A stretch of DNA of 64,000 nt from positions 1,728,001-1,792,000 of the forward strand of contig CBDCXV010000011.1 of the NCBI GenBank assembly GCA_965223905.1, read 5' to 3'. The notes beneath the pieces were generated by a model. It was given only the letters and a program-made list of their open reading frames with translations, had not been told where the DNA came from and searched no databases. Numbering within the stretch: position 1 is the stretch's first letter; the number at the start of each line of letters is the position of its first letter. Position numbers and translations under genes: made by a program. Origin of the DNA: Candidatus Latescibacterota bacterium (GTDB lineage: Bacteria; Latescibacterota; UBA2968; UBA8231). Positions 25,212 through 33,766 of the stretch are shown here, one piece after another.

Positions 25212-27779
25212 TCAGCGAACGAGCGCTTCTCTCGACGTCAGCAGCTCCTCCGGATGGCGGGCGAGATAGGGAGGAACCCCCCGCAGTTGGATGGTGGCGC
25301 GGGGACTGCGGCTGATGGTGAAGGCCCAGATCCCGTGGTCGGCTCCTGCCGGCACCGTTACCGGGACATCCACGGGCAGGGAAAGGTCCGAGCCGGTTAC
25401 CAGCCTGAGGTGTTCGGAAACGAGCCTGCCGTCCGGTCCGAAAAAGCGAACGTCGCTTTCGTGGCTGGTGGAAGCGTGGACCCGAAGCACGAACATTTCG
25501 GTGTCTTCCGGCACGAAGAAGAACAGCGGTTCGACCTCGGGGGGAGTCCCCGGGTACAGGGTCGTGAATTCGCTCCGAGGGGACGCCTCCACCACCAGGT
25601 GCCGCCGGCCGAATCCGAGCCGGCCGGCCCTCTTGTAGCCGGCGCCCGGGTCGAGGAGGTAGAGACCCTTGCGCGGAATCCGCAGCCTGACTTCCGCGCT
25701 CTCATTCTGCTGTTCGCGGACGTCGCCTTCCTCCACAACTTCGCCGGTTTCCGCGTTCCTGAGCCTCCAATGACCATCGAGGGTGTGATCCGGGAAGACG
25801 ATGAAGGGAAGCGCCAGCGATTCGCCGGCCCCGGCGGCGAAGTAGTGGAGGGCCTTCTCGAAAAAGAACCGCGACTCCGCGCGGCCTTCCAGCAGTTGCA
25901 GCAACGGCTCTGACGGCTGACTCGCGACCGGAACGAGGTCTCGCGACCACTGCACCCGCAGCTCCTCCGGCACTTCCCGGCCGCCGTAGATCTTCAGCCC
26001 CTCGTCGAAGAGCCGGACGACCTCCGCATGTGCGGGGATGTCGGTCCTCTCCGTTTTCCAGCTTTCCACCATCTCGTCGGTCACGCCCTCCAACCCGGTG
26101 ACCTTCTCGTATCCATGGGCGCCGCGGACCCTCTTGTAGTAATCCCAGCCGAGGACGATCGCCTGGGAGTGGATGAGGCCCGTGTCCATGATCCTCCGCG
26201 AGTACCGGATAAGCTCCCGGCCCAGCGGCAGGATCGCCTCCGGATCCCGCGCCATCGCGAACTCGTGCCTGAGACGCAGCCAGTGCAGGTACATCATCAG
26301 GTGATCCAGGCGCCCCTCGACACCGGGGTCTTCGGCCAGCTTGCGCGCCGCATCCAGATCCCGGTACGCCAGCACCAGCGTTCTCTCGCTCATCTCGTTG
26401 CTGTCCTGCCAGCGTTCGTAGAACCGCCGCACCGGCGCCGCGGCCTCGGCGAAGGCCGCGGCGTAGAAGTCGTCGACGATGGCGTCGACGTCGCCCTCGA
26501 CGTTCCACGTCAACTGTGCCGTCAGGTAATAGCCGAGACCGTTGGGGCCCCAGTTGCAGCCCGACTGCCCGTCCAGGGTAGTGGCGCCGAGGCTGTAGTA
26601 GTGGGGAATGTTCCTGCGCAGGTATTCGACGTTGCCGCCCTTGGCCTTGCCCGGCATGCTGCCGTCCCATTCGTGCAGGGAGAAGTAGTCGTAGACGCCG
26701 AAGGCACCGGCCTTGTCGGACCAGGCCTCGATCTGCTCCTCCCAGGTCATCTTCGTCCGGCGCAAACCCCTGGTGAGCTGCACGTAGACATTGGGGTGCA
26801 GCGCGAAGGACGGCGGATCGGTGTGCCAGGCGTATGCCAACAGTCCCAGGTACTTGTCGGGGAATCGGGAAGCAAGGCCCTCGGCAACCGTGTTGGCAAA
26901 CAGAAAGACGCGGTCGCTGACGGTGCCGACCGCCAGGCAGCGGTCGCCTTCGCAGAACTCGCCGTTGTCGTTCGGATCGAAGGGCGCCATGTTGCGCTGC
27001 GGCTCCTCTTCAAAGGTTTTGATCACGTGCTCCGTCGCCAGCCGGATCACATCCGGATGGGTCGTGCAGGGCTGATGGCCCTGCCGCGCGCCGCCCCTGA
27101 GCGCGAAGTACTCTGGGTGCTCCTCGAGGAGGCTGCCCGGGGCGAACTGGGCCCACGCGTGGCTGCAGGCGATGCCGAACCACCCGGGCATCCGGTTGTG
27201 CCGATTCCACGCCGAATAGTCGGCGGCGAGCTTTTCGGTACGCGCGCCCCAGCCGTACCAGATGCGCCGGTAGTCGAAGTCCGGGCTCTCGGTGCGGTCG
27301 AGCTCGATCCGCACCGTTTCCCGCTCGGGGATGACCGTCCAGGCCTCGTGGGGGAAGAACCAGCGACAGCCCAACTCTCGCAGCAGCGTGAAGACCCCCA
27401 CCTGCACACCCAGGTCGCTGTTGCCGACGACGTGGAGCCGGTCGGCCGTGCTGTGCAACAGGAAGGCCTCGGGGCTCCTGCCTTTCAGCTCCCCCACCCG
27501 CGGCGTGTCGGGAAACTCTGCTGCCGTGCCGACGACGACGGCCCGTTTCTCCGGCGCTTCCGTCGTGACGGCGGGCAGATGGCCGGACATCTGCTCGATG
27601 ATCCGGGCCAGCTCTTCCGCGTTCGTCCGGGTGAGAGCTGACGCGGCCGGCGCGATGACGACAGGCGCAGCGCCCGACTCGGGATCGGCGATTGTGAAGG
27701 GTTGTGAAGCTGCCATGGCGGAGAGCGATCCCAGCAAGGTGGATCCAAGTGCTATGAGGTGTCCGGGGCTGTTGATCAT
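25212..27779 (-). CDS. DUF4838-domain secreted protein
   Basis: LGCRWFFP, SHAW...HPEYFAL, PNDNGEFC, LAYAWHTDPP, YYLTAQLTWN; paralog of 1..719. Confidence 0.8.
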   Translation of the reverse strand: MINSPGHLIALGSTLLGSLSAMAASQPFTIADPESGAAPVVIAPAASALTRTNAEELARIIEQMSGHLPAVTTEAPEKRAVVVGTAAEFPDTPRVGELKGRSPEAFLLHSTADRLHVVGNSDLGVQVGVFTLLRELGCRWFFPHEAWTVIPERETVRIELDRTESPDFDYRRIWYGWGARTEKLAADYSAWNRHNRMPGWFGIACSHAWAQFAPGSLLEEHPEYFALRGGARQGHQPCTTHPDVIRLATEHVIKTFEEEPQRNMAPFDPNDNGEFCEGDRCLAVGTVSDRVFLFANTVAEGLASRFPDKYLGLLAYAWHTDPPSFALHPNVYVQLTRGLRRTKMTWEEQIEAWSDKAGAFGVYDYFSLHEWDGSMPGKAKGGNVEYLRRNIPHYYSLGATTLDGQSGCNWGPNGLGYYLTAQLTWNVEGDVDAIVDDFYAAAFAEAAAPVRRFYERWQDSNEMSERTLVLAYRDLDAARKLAEDPGVEGRLDHLMMYLHWLRLRHEFAMARDPEAILPLGRELIRYSRRIMDTGLIHSQAIVLGWDYYKRVRGAHGYEKVTGLEGVTDEMVESWKTERTDIPAHAEVVRLFDEGLKIYGGREVPEELRVQWSRDLVPVASQPSEPLLQLLEGRAESRFFFEKALHYFAAGAGESLALPFIVFPDHTLDGHWRLRNAETGEVVEEGDVREQQNESAEVRLRIPRKGLYLLDPGAGYKRAGRLGFGRRHLVVEASPRSEFTTLYPGTPPEVEPLFFFVPEDTEMFVLRVHASTSHESDVRFFGPDGRLVSEHLRLVTGSDLSLPVDVPVTVPAGADHGIWAFTISRSPRATIQLRGVPPYLARHPEELLTSREALVR

Positions 27780-27898
27780 GATGGTCCGATCACGCGACAT
27801 GCCTCGATGGGTTTGCAAACGCGGGGGACGGCCGATCTGACGGACATCGACGGCCCGGCGATTCCGTGGGGATCGGGCGTCTCAATGGTGGGACCTCC

Positions 27899-27940
27899 TG
27901 CCGCACTCCGGCTGCAGTCGCCGCGGTCTCATGGGCACTG
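27899..27940. repeat. 42-bp direct repeat, copy A
   Basis: 37/42 identical to 30075..30116 by manual alignment. Confidence 0.9.
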
Positions 27941-28078
27941 ACTCCCCGGACAGTCCGGTGACAGAGGGCGCATCCGCGGTAATTCGGCCGCCGCTTCTCT
28001 GAGCACTGCCGTTGCCGCCCCGTCGATTTGCGCCATAACGCCATAAGTTGTTTATGAGGGAGCCCTAAGTTCAATCGA

Positions 28079-29422
28079 TCACTCGAACAGGAGCCAGCCA
28101 CCAAATTCCTGCTCCTTTCCACCGGGGAAGGTGCGAGTCCACTGACTCCATTGGTTACCGCGATAGCTCCGTGACATGCGGCAGCTCCACAGAGTGCCCG
28201 GGTGTGGTTTGGGAAATTCGGTCTTTCCCAGGACAAGCTCATACTCCATTGACCAGAAATCCTCGCCGACATATGCAGCCGCATCGGACTCGGTGCTCCA
28301 AGTGAAGTCCCGTTTCCAGCTGGGGACTCCAGGAGCGCAATCGGCAATGGCTCCGACGGTGTTGATGGTTATTTTGTAGCTCGTGTCAAGGTCGAAGTTC
28401 GTATCCAGAAAGAACTCGATCATATCCTGATTCCACTCGTCTGCATGATCGCGCTCGTGACTCTGTACTTTCAGGCTTTCCGTGTGAGCTTCTTCGCAGT
28501 AGGCACCAAAATACAGTGCCTGGTCTGTATACATGACGTACACCTCGGTGAGACGCTCGGCTATCATGTCGGCGTTATGCAGTTTGCCCCATGTAAAAAA
28601 CGGACTGGCCTTAGCGGCTTGACGCCAAATCTCGTCATCCAGGCGACCGTCCAATTTGGGTGCTTTGCGTACGTGGGGCACGTCCAGGAGCCAACCACTC
28701 TCACGCAGTACTTGCAGTCCGCGATCTCGCTGGCCGTTGTAATAAAAAAATCGCCCCAATCTGAGATTCGCCTTCTTGCTCCTGGGTGAATAGGCCAGGG
28801 CTTCGTGGAACAGAGATTCGGCCACGACTACCTGCCCTTTGAGCTCTTCCGTGCGAGCCTCGGTCAACCACTCCTGGACCCGGTCAGCCACGAGTATCCT
28901 GGCTTCGATGCGGGTGTTCCGGTCCTCGTGGTCCTGCAGGAGCCTGGCCATCTCGTACAGAACCTCCTTTTTATCGGCGTCCAGCTTGTCTTTAATCAGT
29001 CCGACGGCCTTCATCACCTCGCCGCGCACACCCTCGTCTGACGTGTCCTGTAGGGCCTGTATGAAAGCGTCCGCGAATTCCACCCGCTTGTACAGCCCCA
29101 ATTCACGGGCAATCCGGGCCCGCACCCGGGGGTCGGGGTCGGTGAGCAGGTGCCGCTTGAGCGCCGTGGCAATTCTGGGATCCTCGGCGCGGGTCATCAA
29201 GCCAACGAGCACCTCCCCGAGCTCGGGTCGAGCCGCAGTATGTCGACGATCATCAAAAGCTTTCAACAAAACGGGGACGGCATCGCCCTTGGACAGGAGA
29301 AGCTCCTGCTTTGCCCTGTCCAGTTCCTCACCGCTGGAGTCAAGCCGCTCGATGAGATCCTCCACCGATGGTCCGCAAGTCAGCAGGAAGAAACCTGCCA
29401 ATAGCAGGATTGGTCCGAACAT
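28079..29422 (-). CDS. lipoprotein with HEAT repeats, a TPR-like helix pair and a C-terminal CBM9-like domain
   Basis: LLTC lipobox; DPDPRVRARIARELG HEAT motif; APKLDGRLDDEIW...YTDQALYF...DMIEFFLD. Confidence 0.75.
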   Translation of the reverse strand: MFGPILLLAGFFLLTCGPSVEDLIERLDSSGEELDRAKQELLLSKGDAVPVLLKAFDDRRHTAARPELGEVLVGLMTRAEDPRIATALKRHLLTDPDPRVRARIARELGLYKRVEFADAFIQALQDTSDEGVRGEVMKAVGLIKDKLDADKKEVLYEMARLLQDHEDRNTRIEARILVADRVQEWLTEARTEELKGQVVVAESLFHEALAYSPRSKKANLRLGRFFYYNGQRDRGLQVLRESGWLLDVPHVRKAPKLDGRLDDEIWRQAAKASPFFTWGKLHNADMIAERLTEVYVMYTDQALYFGAYCEEAHTESLKVQSHERDHADEWNQDMIEFFLDTNFDLDTSYKITINTVGAIADCAPGVPSWKRDFTWSTESDAAAYVGEDFWSMEYELVLGKTEFPKPHPGTLWSCRMSRSYRGNQWSQWTRTFPGGKEQEFGGWLLFE

Positions 29423-29526
29423 AGCAGTGATTCCTCCTAATTGTGTCGAGGAAATATCTTCACAAACCTATCGAGCCGGCCGGATCTCGGTTGTCTTTTT
29501 CCGGAGCAGTTCTCCATCTGCTGCGA

Positions 29527-29823
29527 TTATGAGGCGGAACGTCGATAATTCTTCCCGGTAACAGGTCCATACCCAACCTCCACTTCGTAAATCCCTCGAC
29601 CGTCACGGTTGTAGAGCTCCTCGAACTTGACAAGCCGCAAGTAGATGACTTCGAAAAGGAGTTTGTCGAGCACCCTGGACTTCACGGCCTCCGGAGCCGC
29701 CCTCAGCCCCTTTTCGCCGGCGTCAAGCTTTTTTGCCTTCTCAGAGGCGATGGAGAACGTCTGAAATCCGAATCCGACTACACCGAACAGCATGAGAATC
29801 AAGGTGAATCGACTCATCTTCAT
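29527..29823 (-). pseudogene. small secreted, PepSY-like protein, probably degenerate
   Basis: Signal peptide; IYEVEV followed by GPVTGK in this frame and MD...GRIID in the adjacent frame. Confidence 0.35.
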
Positions 29824-29917
29824 TAGCAGTACACCCTTCCTTCGGCAGGTTACTCACCCGAGGCTGGGCTGCCGCACCGCCGCTCCGTGGAAGACTACCT
29901 GGGCATTCCCCGGATGG

Positions 29918-30080
29918 TCACTCCGGCACTGCCGGCGGTGAACCGGACAACGACTCGGCGTTGAGCGCTATCTGCAGACGGATCGACACCGAGGCCGAGC
30001 CCTGGCTTGTGAAGGGTTGAGATGTCGCCGTGGCGGAAAGCGCTCCCGGCAAGGCGGCTCCCGGCGCCAGGAGGTGCCGC
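29918..30080 (-). pseudogene. relic of the 5' end of a DUF4838 paralog
   Basis: HLLAPGAALPGALSATATSQPFT aligns with HLIALGSTLLGSLSAMAASQPFT of 25212..27779. Confidence 0.65.
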
Positions 30081-30116
30081 ACCTCGGCTGCAGTCACTGC
30101 GGTCTCATGGGCAATG
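30075..30116. repeat. 42-bp direct repeat, copy B
   Basis: tgccgcacctcggctgcagtcactgcggtctcatgggcaatg; matches 27899..27940. Confidence 0.9.
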
Positions 30117-30293
30117 CTTTCCCCCTGAAATCCCGTGCCCGCGCGGGCCATCCCGTGCATTCGGACGCCGCTGTATTCGAGAGGAAAATGGCGGTTCGAT
30201 CCACAACATCATCCCTGCGATTCTTGCCTCACGTCTCCGCCCCTGCCGCTGCGCACTCGGACCGGCACGCCAAGGCAACAAGCCGGGCAGGGC

Positions 30294-32072
30294 CTACTCG
30301 CGGGCCGCGGTCCCGTAATCCCACGGGAAGGCGAAGGTTGGCTGCCTGGCGTAGCGCTCCATCTCTATCTCAATGCGGGCTCCCGCTCCCGGTGCCAGCC
30401 GCACCCGGAAACTGGAGCCATCGAGCTCCACTTCGTCCTCCCCGGCCGCGGCGCGAACGAACCGGTGCTCTCCGTAGGCTCCTCCCTGCACGACGAGGGC
30501 GCGCTCCTCGCTCTGGTCGAGATTTACCAGCCGCAGCGTCATCGAGTCCGGCCCCAGTTTCTCCACCAGGGCGCCGACATCCTCGGGCAGACCGGCCCGC
30601 TGCCGGACCGGGTCGAAGTAGCGCACGCGGCAGTGCAGCGGGCCGCTGTGTTCGGTAGGCAGACCGCCCAGCATCAGGTGAACGAGGTTGGATACGATGG
30701 CCGGATTGAACGGGTTGGTGTTGTCGGAAAGCCGGGTGTCCGGCGTCGAGGGATCCTGGAGTATGTGCTCCATCCTGCGGCGCAACGTCTCGAAGTCCTC
30801 GCCCAGGGCGGTCACCGGAAAATCCGCATTGCTGCCCTCGAGGAAGCCGGTCCAACCGGAGGTGGTCGAGAGCCGCGACAGGTCCGCCGGGTCCATGGAC
30901 CAGTAGTAGACCTCGAGCGCCCCGTGTGAATACGGCTGCGGCGAGAAGGCGTACCAGCCTTCGTCGCCGTGCATGTGCGGGTACATCTCCCGCCCATCCA
31001 CGACCTTCTTGTTCGACTTGATCTCGTCGAGCATCCCACGCCAGACGTCGACGTAGCGCTGGTCCCCGGTCAGCAACAGGGCGTTGCCGAACCCGGTGAT
31101 GCTCCGGAAGACCGAGTTTCGATGGCTCGGCTCGTAGGACGGAGGAACGGTCACGGTGAAAGCCCAGCCGTAGCAGCCGCCGTACCACTTGCCGTCGCAG
31201 GCCCCGCCGATAGTGCCGTCGAGACCGATGTTGGACGGGATGACGCCGCCGTTCTCCCTGGTGCGGTCGCACCAGGCGTCGACGTATTCGAGCACCCAGT
31301 CCCTGTACCTGGGCTCCCCGGTCAGGGCGTAGGCGTTGAACGCCAGCGCCGTGGCCACCATGTTCTGCGGGTGGTCGCCGACGATGTCGGTGTAGTCCGC
31401 GAAATGTTCGAGCATCTCCTCGAAACTGCGCTCTCCGTGCAGGGCGACGAACCGCCCCTCCACCTCCGCGAGCGGATCGCCTGCCCAGTCGATGGCCGTC
31501 GCCTTGCGCAACAGGGGCCCGCGGCTGCCGTTGAATAGACTGCGGATGATCTTGTGCTCCGGGTCGTAGTTGGGAGCCTGCGGGTCTTCGTTCATGTAGA
31601 AGCCGGCAAAGCGGCGGACCCGGTCCTGAAGGCTGCGCTCGTACGGATCGAAGAGGCCGTGATGGTTGAACGTCGTCAGGCCCTCGGCGTTGTGAACCCA
31701 GTCGAACATGACCGGGAATTCCTTGTAGTACATGCCGTCCCGGGCGAACGGCACCTCGGTGGTCTTTGCCTCCGTGTACTGACGGAGGTGCCCTTCCCAG
31801 GCCAGCTTGCACATCTCCATGAGTGAATCGGAGCCCCCGAGAAGGTAGAGGGTGGGCCAGTGGACGAGGTTCTCGATGGCGTCGTCGGGGCCGTCGTTTC
31901 CACCCCAGCGGGGGATGCATTTCAGGTATCCCCGCTCGTCGAAGTACTTGGCGAAGAAAACCTCGCAGGCCCGGGTCTGGGCGCGAATCAGCTCGCGCTC
32001 CATCAACGCCCAGGCCGGAGGCGTGCATGGGGTGTCTATGGTCAGATCGGCGTGATTCAGATTCAGCGGCAT
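30294..32072 (-). CDS. hypothetical cytoplasmic enzyme, possibly (alpha/alpha)6 toroid fold
   Basis: 592-aa ORF with strong coding bias and GAGGAG RBS; WGGNDGPDD; AYALTGEPRYRDW and ALLLTGDQRY helical-hairpin motifs. Confidence 0.7.
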   Translation of the reverse strand: MPLNLNHADLTIDTPCTPPAWALMERELIRAQTRACEVFFAKYFDERGYLKCIPRWGGNDGPDDAIENLVHWPTLYLLGGSDSLMEMCKLAWEGHLRQYTEAKTTEVPFARDGMYYKEFPVMFDWVHNAEGLTTFNHHGLFDPYERSLQDRVRRFAGFYMNEDPQAPNYDPEHKIIRSLFNGSRGPLLRKATAIDWAGDPLAEVEGRFVALHGERSFEEMLEHFADYTDIVGDHPQNMVATALAFNAYALTGEPRYRDWVLEYVDAWCDRTRENGGVIPSNIGLDGTIGGACDGKWYGGCYGWAFTVTVPPSYEPSHRNSVFRSITGFGNALLLTGDQRYVDVWRGMLDEIKSNKKVVDGREMYPHMHGDEGWYAFSPQPYSHGALEVYYWSMDPADLSRLSTTSGWTGFLEGSNADFPVTALGEDFETLRRRMEHILQDPSTPDTRLSDNTNPFNPAIVSNLVHLMLGGLPTEHSGPLHCRVRYFDPVRQRAGLPEDVGALVEKLGPDSMTLRLVNLDQSEERALVVQGGAYGEHRFVRAAAGEDEVELDGSSFRVRLAPGAGARIEIEMERYARQPTFAFPWDYGTAARE

Positions 32073-32082
32073 GTGCGACTCC

Positions 32083-33375
32083 TCACCGGCTTCGGTAGCG
32101 GTCGCGGACCGGCCGGACGCGGGCGCGCTCGAACAGACTCGACCACTCCCCGGAGCCGTCGTCGGGCCGGAGCTCGAGCCGCACGCCTTCGACCTGTGCC
32201 GGTCCGTTTCCGGATTTCATGAAGTAGGAATAGCCCTGGTTCGCGTGGGCCATGTGGACGCAGCTGCCATCCGGGTAGAGGATGGTGTTGATGATCCGGG
32301 GCTCCGGATGGTCGTATGGCAGACCCTTCTTTCGAAAGGGTTCGAGTTCCGCCTCGGGCACGCGGTATTCCTCCAACGCGTCTTCATCGACCTCGACTCC
32401 GAGCCCAGGACCAGAGGGCACCTCGTGGTACCCCCCGACCACCTCGATCCTCTCCTTGAGCAGCGGATGCGTGAACAGATTGATACAGGTGATCGCCGGC
32501 CACGTGGCGTGGGTCAGAACCGCCCCGAGATGGGCCGCCCAGGCGGTGGTCAGGCCGTTGCCGACCAGCTGCAGCCAGAAGGGCATCCTCGCCTCGGCGC
32601 TGAGCATGCCCTGCCGCATGACCGCGGACTCGCCGGCGCACAGTACATACCCGTCACAGACCTCCTCGCGCAGGACGGTGACGTAGGGAGGGGAGCCGAA
32701 GTGCATGGCGAGGGGACGATTGATGGCCTGCCGAATCCGCCGGTTGCCCGCAATGTCGTCCCGGGGGATGGGCTCCTCGAACATGGCGACGATGTCGTAG
32801 CGCTCGAGTTTCTCGAGAATGGGGATGGCCGCGGCGGCCGTTTGGAAGGTCCCGTTCGGGTCCAGGTCGAGCCTGAAGTAGCGGGGCACGACCCGGTCGA
32901 TGGCCTCCACCTGCTCCAGGATGTCCCACCAGGGCCGCGGCTTGACCTTGAAGCTGGTGTAGCCGTTGGCGACGGCTTCCTGGGCCTCTTCCGCCCACTG
33001 GGACGGGGAGGCATCGATCGACCACCAGGAGATCGGCACCCAGTCCCTGACCTTGGTGCCCAGCAGCTGGTGGACGGGCACCTCGAGAATCCTGCCGACC
33101 ACGTCGAAGAGGGCCATCTGGAGACCACAGCCGAGAGAGTCGTCATGCATCAGACGGGCCGGGCTCTGCCCCAAGACCTTTTCCACGGCCCCGTCCGTTA
33201 CCCGGCCCCAGGTGTAATGGACGACCGTCTCCCCCCACCCGACGTGCCCGGTGTCGGTCGAGACCCTGCACAGCTCGAGTATGTTCCAGTTGTAGACCTC
33301 GCGCGCCGTTATCTGCTGCTGGCGGGGCGTGAACGGCACCACGACGGTGGTGCGTTGGACATCGACGACTTTCAA
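32083..33375 (-). CDS. mandelate racemase/muconate lactonizing (enolase superfamily) enzyme
   Basis: GWGET, MALFDVVGR...PVHQLLG, KVK, LDPN, FEEP, PGLGVEVDE. TTG start with GGAGG RBS. Confidence 0.9.
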   Translation of the reverse strand: MKVVDVQRTTVVVPFTPRQQQITAREVYNWNILELCRVSTDTGHVGWGETVVHYTWGRVTDGAVEKVLGQSPARLMHDDSLGCGLQMALFDVVGRILEVPVHQLLGTKVRDWVPISWWSIDASPSQWAEEAQEAVANGYTSFKVKPRPWWDILEQVEAIDRVVPRYFRLDLDPNGTFQTAAAAIPILEKLERYDIVAMFEEPIPRDDIAGNRRIRQAINRPLAMHFGSPPYVTVLREEVCDGYVLCAGESAVMRQGMLSAEARMPFWLQLVGNGLTTAWAAHLGAVLTHATWPAITCINLFTHPLLKERIEVVGGYHEVPSGPGLGVEVDEDALEEYRVPEAELEPFRKKGLPYDHPEPRIINTILYPDGSCVHMAHANQGYSYFMKSGNGPAQVEGVRLELRPDDGSGEWSSLFERARVRPVRDRYRSR

Positions 33376-33766
33376 TTTCGGCCCGCCTCCAGTCTTTCCA
33401 TCAGCTTGGCCCCCTGCCCCGGCGCCAGCGGATGGAACCGGAAGTCGCCGACGAAGGCAACCCGCGCCCCCGCACTGACCCGAATGCATTGCGGATCGTT
33501 GTTGAATCCAGCCATACCACCGAAGCGCACCACGGATGCGCTCTTGCCGAGGTGGCCGACGGCCGAAGCCGGATCGCAGCCGTTGATGGACGCAGGCGAC
33601 GCCCCGCCGTCGCTTGAACTTTCCTTGTCCTTTGTCTGTTAGAGCAGGCGGGGAACAGCAAGGCCGTAACGATCGCGACGAACGGGATCAGTCTACCTCG
33701 ACGGTCGCACTTCTGTTGCGATGTCACTTGCAGCCCTCTCGACGACCGGCTCCTCACCCCGATCTC

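Noticed and set aside
28031-28046. cgccataa x2 tandem 8-mer
   Set aside because: Too short to distinguish from chance.
33376-33489. Possible Tat signal (LRRR) on the enolase-family ORF
   Set aside because: No hydrophobic core; a GGAGG RBS supports a TTG start at 33375.
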